Source: Rhizophagus irregularis
Lineage: Eukaryota
Length of the DNA: 64,000 nt
Assembly (NCBI RefSeq): GCF_026210795.1
Contig: NC_089431.1
Span: 3,286,001-3,350,000 of the forward strand
Reading direction: 5' to 3'
A program made the position numbers and the translations under genes. Shown here piece after piece: positions 1-13,675 of this stretch (position 1 is its first letter; each line of letters starts with the position of its first letter). The notes under the pieces were generated by a model, which was not told the origin of the DNA, did not search any database, and saw nothing but the letters and a program-made list of their open reading frames with translations.

Positions 1-42
1 ACATTCTGATTTATTTTATTTTATCTTTTTTTATTATATTAG

Positions 43-212
43 TTGATGCAGATGAAGCAAATGGTAATCAAACTATTTTACAATCCGATTCTGTCCCCGT
101 CGCTTCTGATGGTGGTGACATTTCACTTTACAGTGATGATGATGCAAAGAAAATCCCTGAAGACGTTGTCGACAAGGGCAACTCTGCCAAAGGAGATGGC
201 AAAGGACAATAA
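43..212 (+). CDS. Last exon of a gene that starts before the window (acidic C-terminus, unknown product)
   Basis: An AT-rich intron ends in tag at 41-42, followed by an open frame (V)DADEANGNQTILQSDSVPVASDGGDISLYSDDDAKKIPEDVVDKGNSAKGDGKGQ to TAA at 210-212. This is a different frame from the ORF track call. Confidence 0.6.
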
Positions 213-845
213 GAATTTCTTACAGGAAGATAAACGCCATCCCTTATTATAATAACGACATAATTAATAATTACACATATAAATTAATTTAATAAATATT
301 ATGTGGTTCTTTTTTTTCTGAAATTTTTTAATATAAAAGGTGTAATTTTATATTATTTGTAATTTATTTTTTTTTTCACCGTCCCTTAGAAATTTAGTTT
401 TTAATAAAGGATCTTTGTTTTAGAAGTGTAAAAAAATTATATTTTTTAAGTCCCACTATATAAATCTAACTTTTTAATTATAATTTTCTGTTCAAATAAA
501 TGATAAAATAAAAAATTTGAATAAAATAATATAAACCTTACATTTTATTTCTATTTGACCATTGTTGATGACGGGATTTATGTTGTTACACGATCATCTA
601 AACATGTAATATTTTATTTTAAAAGTAATTTTTGTTCGTTTTTCGATAAAATTGGGTTTCGCTCCGCTTCCGCTCTGCAAAATTCTTTCAATGTTTATTC
701 CGAGTTATTACTTTGTTATAATTACTTTGTTATAATAATTACTTTGTTCGGAAAAACTAATTGTAGTTAATAACACTTTACGTATTATTTCTTTTTATTT
801 GTTCCAATTGGGCCAACAATGTGGCTTGGCGTTTTTGTAACACTA

Positions 846-1065
846 TATACTAGCCTCATTAGTAAAATGATTATGATTATCTTAACACCTATTACAAACT
901 ATATTAGCCTCATTGGTAAAATGATTACCTTTTTACGTACTTATATTAGCCCCATTGGTAAATGATTACTTTTTACGTCATCTACTTAACACCTATTACA
1001 AACTATATTAGTCTCATTAGTAAAATGATTGCTTTTTACGTGATCGTCTTAACACTTATTACAAA
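846..1065. repeat. Degenerate tandem repeat, 4 copies
   Basis: The core TATATTAGCCTCATT(A/G)GTAAAATGATTA occurs four times, and CTTAACAC(C/T)TATTACAAA occurs three times in between. Confidence 0.8.
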
Positions 1066-1526
1066 AAAGTACAATCAAATTAATTTCTACTAATTTTACT
1101 AATAATAGAGTTGATTTAATTGGGATTAGATCTACATTTTTTTTATCATACAAAATTTGGGAAACACGTTTAGGATTTGATTCAAAGGTATTCGGTATTC
1201 CGGATCTTCTTAAAATGCATCAACGGATGGTCAAGTAATGGTTAATTAGATTAACAAAATTTAAATTTTAAAGTTTCGAGTATATATTATATAATCACTC
1301 ACAATCACTCACATATATCTGAAACTCGGTAAAAACTTTTTTGAAACTTTTTTATGTGTAAAAAAATATTTACGTAAAATCGCGTTAATCAAATACGTCG
1401 ATAATAATCATATTACATAATTTAAAAAAAAAAAATACCCATGTATTTATTTATTTTACATATTGTTACTTAAGAAATTATATTATTTTTATTACAAAAA
1501 AAAATCAAAATCATTCATAACCCTCC

Positions 1527-2263
1527 CTAATCACTATCGGATACTGCGGTATGATATTTTTCAACTAAAGTTAATCTTTTTTTACCACGTCGAAATTTTC
1601 TTTGATTAATAGATTTATAAGTATCAGTTCTACTAATACGAAATACTTCATATTCATCCACATTAAATCTAATATTATCATCAAAATTTGTTAAAGTAGT
1701 TGGTGAAGATGTAGTAACATTATTCGTAAGATTCCATTCATTTCCCCAAATATCATTTGAATTTGTTGAAGAAAATGATGCTCCTAAACCGAATGTAGTT
1801 GAACTCCATCTTTTTTCATCATTTGATGATGATTCCCCTGTTAAACTTTTTATAATAGTATCACAAATACCTTGTCTATAAGATTTTGAATTAGAAGAAC
1901 ATTGTTCATCTCTAGATAAATTTTCTACACACCATAAATCTCCATCTCCAAAACATGGTCCATAAGTAGCTGAATTCCAAATTGCTTTTTCAGGTTGTAA
2001 AATACGTGATAATTGTGATTGTGGATTTGATCCATAACCTAAAGAAAATATAAAACTATCTCTTGTTGTAATCCAACCAGATTGAGATTGCCATGAAGTT
2101 GGATTATACCCTCCAATAATATGATCCGTACCACTTATTCTCATTATAACTAAAGTTGGTCCTTTATTATCACATTTTTTATGAAATTCTTCAGCTGAAA
2201 ATCCATCAATACTTCCTCTAAGTAATAAACCAAAATGATATTTTAAATTATTATTATTATTAA

Positions 2264-2299
<36 letters not shown>

Positions 2300-3326
2300 G
2301 TATTTGTCCACCTCCATCAATCCAATTTGCTATAATTGATATCTGTTCTTGTATTACGAGACATGATCTAATGGCATTATTTGGTAAATATGTTAATGAT
2401 TCTTTTTGTACTCCTGTATAATAAAAACATTCTAAATCTTCATATAATGAATCTGGTAAACAACTTTTAAATGGTCTAACCATTTGATAAAATTCTGATG
2501 AATTAATTTCACAAAATCTAATAAAAGGTATCCATTGTCGTAATGTTTCTTCAAATTTATTAAAATCTTGACTTGTCCATTTAGTTATATCATTACTAAA
2601 ATTTGGATGTTTTGATGTACACCATTTAATTATATGATTCCATATATTTATCTCTCTCATTTGAAAATTACGTTGTTCTAATACGAATTCTAATGTATCT
2701 TGATCTATAGTAATAAAATCATCCGCCATTAATAATACATCTGGTTCATTATTAAGAATATTTTGACAAAAATCTTGTAATTCTTTTGAAGCTTCTAATT
2801 TAACTGAAGTCCTATAAACAAATGCGAAACTTTGATGTAACCATAATCTGTGATGATTAAGCAAATGATCTTGCATGAGGTCATGTAATTCATTCATTAA
2901 TAATTCATCAGCTGCTACCAATATCTCCAAACATCTTTCCCCTGATTTTTCTGCTAATGCCATTGTTCCAGTATAAATATACCTATATATATATATATTT
3001 AAAAAAATTTATTAAAAAAAAAATAATAATAAAATAAAAAAAAATAAAAAAAAATCCATATTATAAACCTACTCCAAAATATCACCAAATACTAATGCAG
3101 ATATATTGGGTTTATTAAAAACTATTGCATCTCCTTCTTTCTTTACCCATTGACTTGATAAAGCAGTATTAAAATAAGGTGACCTAATTCTCAATATACC
3201 AGAATGTGCTCTAAAAGTTTTAATGATTGGTTCTTTACCAGCATATATAATTACATCATGATTATAAGCTTCTTTTAATAATTTATGAAAATCTCTTGAA
3301 AGAGCTCTTAACTGTTCAAGTGTCAT
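1527..3326 (-). CDS. BTB/POZ-BACK-TLDc domain protein (2 exons: 3326-3073, 2982-1527)
   Basis: BTB motif DVIIYAG..FRAHSGILRIRSPYF is spliced (GT-AG) into YIYTG. BACK motif EINIWNHIIKW and TLDc motifs LLLRGSIDGF..FHKKCDNKGPT..IIGGYNP..GPCFG..EYEVF follow. There is a poly-Asn tract. Confidence 0.92.
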
Positions 3327-3369
3327 TTTGTATAAAAAAAAATTTAATTGAGGGAAGAAAGAAGAGAAA

Positions 3370-3401
<32 letters not shown>

Positions 3402-4147
3402 CCGAGCAAAATTTCGGGGATTTAAATTCATTTATATATAAAGTTAAAATATGACTGAATTTGGTAATTGTTTTTTGTATTGAAGGTGATAGTACGAGTA
3501 CAAATGCAACAATTGTAACGTAAAAAGTATAATTGTAATACACACGGTTATTTACAATCTAAGTTTAATTTTATACCATAACGGAAAATGCCTTTACATA
3601 TTTTGGGATGATTGAAAAACTTATGACTTACCATAAATTCTATTTCATTAGATTTATTTGGTACTCAAATAAACTTTTTGGGTAAAATTTTAAATAATTT
3701 CCGGATTCTAAAAAGAAGGAAACACAAAATCATTTTAATCATATTTAATCATTGATAAAAAAAAAAATAAACTAAAAATAGTACGATTATTAGGTAAATT
3801 TTTTTGAAACTCAGTAAAGAATTTATCCTGCTTGGTAGTCTATTATAATCTTTTTTTTTTTTTGAAAATTTTTTAAATTTTTTAAATTTTTTTTTTTTTC
3901 TTTTTTTAAAGAAATTTTTTTAGACAAAATTGACAAACAATTTAGAACTCGGCTGACGTTATAAAATTTTTGAAAAAAATATTATTATGAATAATCTATT
4001 TATTAATTGAACTACCCAAATACTCCTTAAGTACACCCAAATATTCCAAAATATTTCCATAATCAAGTTATTTTGTCGATTAATAACGTTAATACGTTTA
4101 TTATAATGAAAGAATAAATTTTATTGTGGAAAAACATAAAAAAAAAA

Positions 4148-4898
4148 TCAATAATTTGCAGGTATGACTTGAAAAACTTCATAATCCTCATCCTCAAAAT
4201 AATTGCTAAAACCGATATCTTCATAAATAATACCAGGAAAAACGCTCCAATCTAATCCAGAACGAACATCCTTACTACCCCAACAAGGACCACCATTATT
4301 ATAACAATAAATAGCTTTATCGTGTTTTTCTTTAATAACGCGTCCAATTTTTGCCGTATTCTTATCAGACCGATTTGATAATGTGAATATAAAACTTTCC
4401 ATGGTCGATTTCCATCCTGTACCATTCCAATCCAATGGATTGTAACCTCCAATAATTCTATCCGAATTCTTTTTCTTTATGATTACAATATTTGCTCCTT
4501 TGTCATCACAATGATCATGAAATGATTCATACGTATCTCCATCCCGACTTGCTCGATAAATAAGTTTAAATTCGTAATTGGATGTATCTGAGATTTTTTC
4601 TTGTTTATCAATCCAACTGGAAAAAATTGGTGAGAGTTCATTTATATCCAATAAATTAGATTTCTTTTCCATCGAGGGAACTGGTTCATATACCGTGCCA
4701 TTTCCATTTATTGTTTCTTTGGGAGGTAATTTTATTGAATCCATTAATTTCTCCAATCCGAGTTGATCTGCAGCTTCTAAAAGATTTTTTAACTCGGAAA
4801 ATTGTTGTTCGTTAAAATCAAATTGTCCTGTGTACAAATATCTAAATAAAGGTATGCAAAGATATAAAATTATTAAAATTGCTATATATATATATATA

Positions 4899-4931
<33 letters not shown>

Positions 4932-5203
4932 TAATGATTATAATAATAATAATTAAGTTTTTCTTACCTCAAGATGACTGGCCAAACAGTTGAATGAATA
5001 CTTGATTCTTCAAAATAATGTACGCCATCCTGTATTTTATTGGTATCCAAAGCTGTTGAAAAATATGGAGCTCTTGCCCTTAAAATAGTTGAATGAGCTT
5101 TAAATTCTTTTAAAGGGTCATCAGAACTTTTAATTATAACGTCGTATGGATCACCATTTTCTAATAAATTTTCAAAGTCTTGAATAATATCTGATAATGC
5201 CAT
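4148..5203 (-). CDS. BTB/POZ-TLDc protein lacking most of the BACK domain (2 exons: 5203-4968, 4841-4148)
   Basis: BTB motifs FKAHSTILRARAPYF and YLYTG; TLDc motifs LIYRASRDG..FHDHCDDKG..IIGGYNP..DYEVFQ. The intron is at the same position as in the neighbouring paralogue. Confidence 0.9.
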
Positions 5204-6926
5204 TGAAGAAGATTCTGAATATTTTGTGTAACGTAGAAATTTTCAAGTTTTTGGGGATTAAAAGCGATTTTTATTTCATATTTATGGGTTTTTTTTTCAA
5301 ATTTATTATTAGCCATATAAATTAATGATTTACTAGAAACTTTATTTTTGAAAAAATACTTACTGGTTTGGATTTAATTAAAAACTTTTTACTCGTTCAA
5401 TGATATCTTTATAATCCACTTATTAGGAATATAATAAATATCATAAATATCATAAAAAGTTAAAAAAGTTTTATTTGTTTGATTTTGCATCACACGTCAT
5501 GCCAAGGAATTTAATGATATGATCCCATTATTTCATTCTTTTATTCTTTATATTCCTTTTTTCGGTTTTTTTTTTTTGAAAAAAAAAAATAAAAATTTTT
5601 AATTCGTCAGCCAAGAAAACTTTTTGTATCATTGATACTAACTAAAAAATACTTATTACGCATTATCTCGGATCTATTTATTTATTTACTTTAACAATTC
5701 CAAATATGTCATTAATGTTTCTGTTACCCAGATCCCCCATTCCATTTGCGTAATGATGATCAAATTTTGCAAATTACTTTGAAGCTTCAAAAACATGCAA
5801 AAAATGGTTGCATTTAATCTTTCAAAGAATTTTTCACGTTTGATTTCTTTTTACATTTCTTTATCGATTTTTCTTGCAGTTTATTCTATCAACTATAGAC
5901 ATTTTCTGTTGAAAAAAATTTCAAATAACTTACGTAAATAAAGTACCCGAGTACAAAGACCCGAGTACAATTACCTTGCGATAATTTGCGATAATGAACA
6001 TATTTGTAATCCTTAATTAGATATATTAGATATGATAACATATGTATTTGTATAATCTTTCTATCTATAATTACTTGTTGATTTTCTTAAGTGTACAAAA
6101 AAGATCCTTTGAAAGAACAAAGATTATGTAAATCGTGAAAGAGGGTGAAAATCTAATACATATATGTTAACAAGTGTAAAGTTATTTTATTGTGTGTTAT
6201 TGTGTGTTCACTTTATTTGGAAATTTTGGAATTGAAATCATAATATTTTATTTAGGAATGGTATTACAAAAAAAAAAAGAAAAGTGGGAATCATGATTAC
6301 AATAATCTCTAAAAATGATTTTCAATCTTTGTCCATACTATGTATACTTTTTTTTTTTGTGTGCCCGATTTTTTTTTTTTGTCGATCTGAATAAATTAAA
6401 TAACAAACATAGTTAAGGTTTTTACACAGACACTTATCACGTGTAATTCGTGTAAAATTACTATCATTTTGATAATATTTAGTTAACGCCTAAACTTGTA
6501 CTTTTTTTTTTGTTTTTATGGTTAATTAAAAGTTAACGATATTAAGTAAGCGGGAAAAGACGGATGGTTTTAATACTATCCGTTCCATGAATGGTTAATC
6601 TTATCAATTTTTAGTGAAACGATCAGGTGAATTTCATTTCATCATGGATGGGAAATGAATCTTTATTGGTGATTTAAATCTCAGATTGTATTTTATCAAA
6701 AAAAAAAAAAAAAAAACTGAAAATCGGTTTTTTACTGGTTCACTAAAATGGATCTTAGATTTAATTGGTAAAAAAATTTTGAATGGTCTTTTTTTTTTTA
6801 TTATTTTCCAGTGCTAATTAATAAGTTGTCGTAAAGATATCGTAATATATCGTTAGATCGTAATAGAAAAAAATAATAATTTTTCAAGTGAACCTATATT
6901 TAAAAACCAATTATGTAATTATATAT

Positions 6927-9190
6927 TTATTTCCTACGCTTATTCTTTTTCTAAATTGACGATACAAAATATTAGTATGTTTAACTATAACATAGAAAGA
7001 AAATATTTGATTGAATCACCTTATTCTTCTTTGCGTCAATTCTAGCTTGGATATTTTCTGTACGTTTCTGTTGTCTTTCGGCCATACTTTTGTTAACAGA
7101 TTTGATACGTTCTTTCCTATAATTTATTCCAAGAAAAAATGTTTCATCAATAAACAATCCAGTGAAGAATAACAAATATGAATAGGAATAAAAATTTAAT
7201 ATTACCAAACTTTTTCGCTTTTCTTTTTTTTTATAATTTTCTTTTTAATGGTTTTTTTCAATAATTTAGGGTCATCTTTAACTTTTTCTCCTTCTGCCCT
7301 TTTAATTGCTTTGCTCCATGATTCTTTCTCATGTAATTCTACAGCCTTCATAAAATTTAAAGAAAATATCAACATATTAAAAAACATAATAAAATTATGT
7401 ATGTATATACAAATAAAAATCATCAAGTTACTTTTTCAGGATCTTTTTTCTTTAATTCTTTCACTTTTTTGATTTTGTCTTGTAACTATAATTAAAATAA
7501 AATTAGAATGATATATTATGTATTTTTGAATTGCAAGAAGGTTCAATTTTACCTTATTTATAAGATGAATATCATCAATTTTTTTCTTTTTCTTCTTCCC
7601 TCCCGCAAAATCAAATTTAGTAAACGTAAACTGTAAATCACTATTTTCGTGCTGAAAATCTTCTTCAATATCATCATCACCTATTTTCCTTTTAATACCT
7701 CCACTCTTCTTAACATTAAGATTTTTCGTATTTTCATCCTTTTTAATATCTTCATTCTTCTTAGCATTAAGATTTTTCGTATCTTCATTCTTCTTAATAC
7801 CTCCACCTTTCTTAACATCAAGATTTTTCGTATCGCCATCTTTCTTAATATCTCCACCCTTCTTATTATCAAGATTTTTCGTATTTACATCCTTTTTAAT
7901 ATCTCCATTCTTCTTAATACCACCCTTCTTAACATCAAGATTTTTCGCATCATCTTTTTTAATATCTCCGTTCCTCTCAATATCCTCATTCTTCTTGATA
8001 TCTCCATTCTTCTTAATATTATTTTCTCCATTTTCCGCTTTATTGCTGCCATCTTTATTAATTTTTGATTGCTTTCGTCTTAATTTCTTTTCTTGTTTCT
8101 TTGCCTCATTTAAAGCTTTTCTTTTTTCATTTTTAGACGATTTAATATTATTCTGCTGCTCTGAAAGAATAATTTTGTCAAGACGTTCTGGAATCGATAT
8201 TAACTTTTGTGGTTCTTTTTTATTTGATTTAGAAGGATGATCTAAAGTTTGTAAATTAAGATTAGTCAATGGATAATGTAAATAAATAATTATTATTATT
8301 ACCAATTTTAGTTTCATCTTTCTTGTCGAATTTGTCATTGATATCGTTCTCAGAATCTGACTGAGATCTATTGTTGCTTCCTTTATTTTCACTTTCATCA
8401 TCATCTTCCTCTTCGTCATCATCGTCGTCTTCTTTCGCTTGTTCTTTATCACTGTCATCTTCATTATCAACTTTGACATCATCATCATTATCTTTATTTA
8501 TTTCTATCTTGTCTTCAACTATTTTATCATCGTCATTATTATCTTCGATGTTATCATCTTCATCGCCCTCTTCTTCATTCTGCCTTTTTCCTTTTTGTTT
8601 TTCTTGTCTAATCTTATTCAATTTTTCTTTTTGAATGTCTTGTACAGTTTTTAAATTATTAGGATCAAGCTTAAAGTCAAAAAATAAAAATAAAAAATAA
8701 AAAAATTTAAATTAAATAATTTATCATATAAAATTCAATTAAAAGCGGGATATTCTACCTTTTGTCTTTTTGCTTGTTTTTTCTGTTCTCTGATGACTTG
8801 TTTGGAAAGTTTTTTTCTTTTATTAGGTTGAAATTTATTATCTTCCTCCGTTGCTTCTGGCTTATGAAACAAATTAAAAAAATCAAAATCAAAATCAATT
8901 AACTATTATATAACGTTATAAAAATAAAGTACAAATTACTTTTATAATACTTTACATCATTCTTGAAATAATGTTTTGGAGGAATTAAACTTATCACCGA
9001 ATCAATGAATTCACTATGTTCTTTTAACCTATCCTATATGTTATATATTTATAGTAATTCAATAAATTAAAATGTATTTCTTGTAAAAAGAAAAATTTTC
9101 AACGTTTTTTTTTTTGTTAAATTTTACGTTTTAAAATAAATTTAAATATATTACTTCTATTCCATCAAGTGTCCATGAAAATGGTATCAT
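6927..9190 (-). CDS. RRP14: Ribosome biogenesis protein RRP14/SURF6 (multi-exon)
   Basis: N-terminal RRP14-like segment DRLKEHSEFIDSVISLIPPKHYF..AKRQKLDP; C-terminal SURF6 segment WSKAIKRAEGEKVKDDPKLLKKTIKKK..KSEKVWKER..RQQKRTENI. GT-AG introns, with acidic and Lys-rich middle regions. Confidence 0.85.
7695..8015 (-). repeat. Coding tandem repeat in RRP14 (about 17-18 aa unit KKGGDIKKDENTKNLDV, about 5 copies plus shorter KKNGDI units)
   Basis: The unit is visible in the translation and as recurring AAGATTTTTCG on the + strand. Confidence 0.85.
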
Positions 9191-9237
9191 TTTTTCTCTG
9201 ATTATGTGGAAGTGTGTGGGCAACTTTAATATATATA

Positions 9238-10673
9238 TGTTGCGCCTCAGATCGATTCGCCTCAGATTAAAATCGTCATGTGAGGTGCATCAAATTTTAT
9301 TTTCACGCTTTATTTTTATTTTTACTTTATATTTTCTTTTTAGGAACATTATTAACTGTTCCTTTTTTTTCTTACAGGAACTGCTATTTGGAACGGTTAT
9401 TTTGGATTTTTAAGGTAGGTGACGCTTATATATATATATATATATTGTTTTTCTTTATAGGAATGCTATTAACCATTCCTTCTTCCTTTTTCTTTGCAGG
9501 AACCTCTCAGAACGCCATTTGGAGGTTGGAATAGCATGTGAGGATTTCTTTCGCCTTCCTTTATGTTTTTTCTTTCTAGAGATGCTAATAACCATTCCTC
9601 CTCCTTTTTTTTCTTTACAGAAACCTCACTGAACGCCATTTGGAAGTTGGAATAGCAGGTGAGGGTTTTCTTTTGTCTTTTCATTTTGTTTTTTCTTTTA
9701 GGAACGCTATTAACCATTTCTTTTACTTTTTTTCCATATAGTAACTGGTTGGAATAGCTAATTTGCAGGTGTTTTAATTTAAAAGTTGGAAAATTCAAAA
9801 AGTTTATTGTAAAAAATTAGTTTTTTATTAAATTTGAGAAATTTTGTAATAAAAATTATGTATCTTCTACTATTAAATTAAACCAATGAATTAATTTGAC
9901 CATCATTATGAATTTACTTTTTTAAATCTAATTCTTTTATTAATCATAATACAATATTATTTTTTCTATTTCAAATATCAATCTTTTTTGTTTTCTACAA
10001 CATAAACTCTTATTACTATATATCCATTTGATCTATATCCATTTGACTATACATATAAAACAAAGATTTTTTATTGTGACAATAAAAAATTGTCATATAT
10101 AATATTATATAATTCTCAGACTAATTCTTGACACTGCAATGAGTATTCTGATCAATTCCTATAAAGAAAGGAAGAGAAGGAATGGTTAGTAACATTTCTA
10201 AAAATGAAAAATATATAAAAAAATTTTAAACTTACTTTAGAAAATGGCTGTTCTATGGGGTTTCTGTAAAGAAAAAAAGAAAAATGAACGGTTAGTAGCG
10301 TTCTTAGAAAGAAAAAACATAAAGGAAGGCAAAAGAAGACCCTCACATGCTATTTAAAGAAAAAAGAAGAATGGTTAATAGCATTCCTATAAAGAAAAAC
10401 AATATATATATATATATATAAAACATCCACCCACCTTAAAAAATCCAAAATAACCATTCCAAATAATAATGTCCTAAAAAGAAAATAAAGAAAAAATAAA
10501 AAATAAAGAAAACTGGTAACTATCTTTATATCTTAAAGAAAAGGCGTGAAAATAAATTGCCCTCAAATCGAATCTGAGGCATCTCAGGTGATTGATGTTT
10601 CACTTCACGCACCTCACATGACGATTTTAATCTGAGGTGTGTGAACTTCGATTTGAGGCAAGAATCGACAACA
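9238..10673. mobile_element. Non-autonomous TIR element with long imperfect inverted arms, TGTTG...CAACA termini, in a (TA)n site
   Basis: CCTCAGATTAAAATCGTCATGTGAGGTGC at about 9260 is inverted at about 10609-10637. The (TA)n-TTGTTTTTCTTTATAGGAATGCTATTAACCATT block at 9428-9477 is inverted at about 10370-10420. No transposase ORF is present. Confidence 0.85.
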
Positions 10674-13290
10674 TATATATGTCATTGTGTAACTGATTTT
10701 TCACATCTTCCGCAGTTGTTCCAAGTCAAAAATTGATACATGACGATATATTTTTGTACAATTCACTGATTTGTGAATTTTATTATTATTAGTAGAATTG
10801 AGATAAATATATCTATTTAAGAGATAATTTAATAATATCAGATATAACTAGAATAATAAAATAATGTTATTCTGGCTTCAAACAAATGTGAAAAGACGGA
10901 GCCATCAAAATATCCACATTCCCTGAAGATCTATAGTATATAAACGTTTCCCTTTTTTATCATGGACTAAATCAATTACATGGTATAACTACTCAGAGTT
11001 TATCTGTTTTCTTATAATTACAAAAACAATTATGTGAAGGATGTAAATATAAAGTAGTGTTCAATCAAAAGAGTTACTCTCTATAGCTTGAATATACCAG
11101 AAGTTCCACAAGTACAATTTCAAGTTCATCTTGGGACAAAGAAGTTAATAGAGATAATATAAAAAGGTGAGTATTTTTCAATCCACCCGAAGTACTCTCA
11201 ATTCTTTTATATAACTTTAGTTTTCTAAAGATAATAGAAGTAATACAATATGCTACAGAATGCTACAGACGATCTTTGTGATATTTTATCTGAGCCTTCT
11301 GTTGGAATACAACAATAGAGGATTGTGTCAAAATGATCAAGTTGATACAATTAAAAAGTTGATCAAAAGCAACACAGATCAAGTTGTGTGCAATAGAATT
11401 GAAAAAGTAGCACAAGCTTAACTTTTGATAAAATAACTGTGATGAGCCTTTATAAAATAAGCTGAAATAGAAGAACTCACAAAGGGAAGCAGTTGAATGT
11501 AGCTTGTATCCAAATTGCAGGAATGGATTTGAAAAATATATTAAAATCATTAATAGATGATTTTTTTTTTTGTATTAAATGTAAATAAAAAGTTAATTTC
11601 TTAATCATAATAAAAGATTTATAAAACAACTATTATGTATGTACTGTAGATAGTAATCAAAATTCACAATGATAAATTTTTCCAAAGTAAAACATATGAA
11701 AATAAAGTTAAAATCAAGATAGTTAAGTTCATGCTATTCTTTTAGTTTTTCAAAATTCTCTTGATTATAAACTTTAGAAAATGCTTTAATTAAAAGATTT
11801 TTTTATTTTATTATTATACTCAAAGGAAGCAGTATTAATCAAAAGATAATCTTTATCTTCAAACCTATTCTTAATAGTATTATCTCTTTTCACAATAAAC
11901 TTTTGACTACAATTATTATGTTTGATATTGATATAATCTTCATTTTTAGAAGTATCACCTTGATTATTTTTTTTTAAAAAAGTATATTAAGGTAAAATAA
12001 AACATGTTTTAGATGATTTATAATATAAATATAATTATATGATCCAATAAAAATTTATGAAATAGAAGTAGTATCATTTTATTTTATCATATTAACTGTA
12101 CCTGCAAAGTTCACAATACTATTAGATTTAAATTGATATAAATCATTGCAAATTGAATAAAAGAAATAAAGTTAATGCAATCATTTTAAAGTAGCAGTTA
12201 TAAATTTACCTTAAATAACATCTGTTAAATATGTTTATACAAATGTTTTGCAAAAAATCAAATACAGTAATACCTTTCTAAGTATACCATTTCCTTTGAA
12301 ATAACAGTAAAAAAATAGTAGAATGTACATTTAGAAAAGGTGTCAGTATATTTATAAAAAGTAAAATATTAAGAGCTTTATAAGTTGAAACCAGACCTAT
12401 CATATACTTAAAAAGAATTTATATAGTGTATGTACTTATAGAAGATGTATTTAGAAAGGTGTTACTATAATGATATTATAATTATTAAAGTATTAGAGAT
12501 AATTACACTTTTTTATATTTTTATTTGAATTTAAGAATATCACTTTATTGTTCTTTACAATCTTTCTATAGATATATATAAGTTGTACATTCTTGATAAA
12601 AAACTTAATATAAAAACAGATTAAAAAATTTAAAGCTAAAAATTTTTTTTAAATAATAATTAGAAAAATTACCTTAAACTGATATATTTATAAAAAATAC
12701 AATATTTAAACTTTTTTTTAAATATAAAGTACTTTTTTTCTTTTTTTTTTTTTCTGCAATGCATTTGATAGTTTATTAAATAGTAAAATGATTTCAGATA
12801 TTACATATAGTAAATAAAAAACCTAATCTAACCATCTAATATAATTAACTATCAAACCACTCGTCATGCTACATTGAGCATCCCACGTATGCACTGTCGG
12901 GTGAAGTTTTTGCTTAAAGGGTATAGTTCGTGTGAAACGGCCATTCTTGCATAAATGCCTCTTCTTATAAAACAACGTGCAAATAAAAAAAAGATTATGT
13001 TGATAAAGAATAAAACCCTGATATATAAATTCCATTCAGATCGATTCTTTCACAAAGTGTCCTCAAAGCGTTAAAAGAAAAAGAAGCTTTTTCTATCCAA
13101 GGATTATAGATCGGAACGCATTACAAGACCAGGACTGCACGAGTTTGTAGATAAAGTGAAATGTTCCCCATTTTTGAAATCAACTAGTGTAAGGTCTCAT
13201 TTACCGTTTGAATGTTGCAAGGTGTAAAGAGAGACAGATTCTAACATTGGATGTTTGTTGTTATAACTTAATTTCTTGAACACTGTAAGC

Positions 13291-13675
13291 CAGTGTTGGG
13301 TTTTGGACTTGTCCAATTGGTTTTTTTAATTGGACAATTTTGGATTGTTCAAAACCAGTTTTGGACATAGTTTTGGACATAGTTTTGGACAGTTTAAAAC
13401 TGCTCAAGAGTCCTAATATTCATCAACTGAAACTAAAAATAAAATAAAAATATAATGTTAAAATGTTAAAAAAGTAAATATTTAATATTAATTAAATGAT
13501 AAAAATTAATATAAAATCAAATAATATTAAAAATTAATATTTAAAGATTTTTGAAGTAATTTAATAATTGAACTAGAATTAAAATTAACCAAAATTAGTC
13601 ATAATTTTAGCCAAAATTAAATTTTTTGTCATGTGATCTGTCCAAAACATCCAATTGTTCAATTGCCCAACACTA
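13291..13675. mobile_element. hAT-type MITE (385 bp)
   Basis: TIRs CAGTGTTGGG...CCCAACACTA, perfect 8-bp TSD CTGTAAGC (13283-13290 and 13676-13683), and subterminal TTGGAC repeats. Confidence 0.92.

Noticed and set aside
7649..8654. Plus-strand ORFs of 71-139 aa over RRP14
   Set aside because: They are antisense shadows of low-complexity Lys/Asp-rich coding repeats.
10700..12700. Coding-like relic between the TIR element and the retroelement nest
   Set aside because: It has stops in all frames and no motif I can assign.
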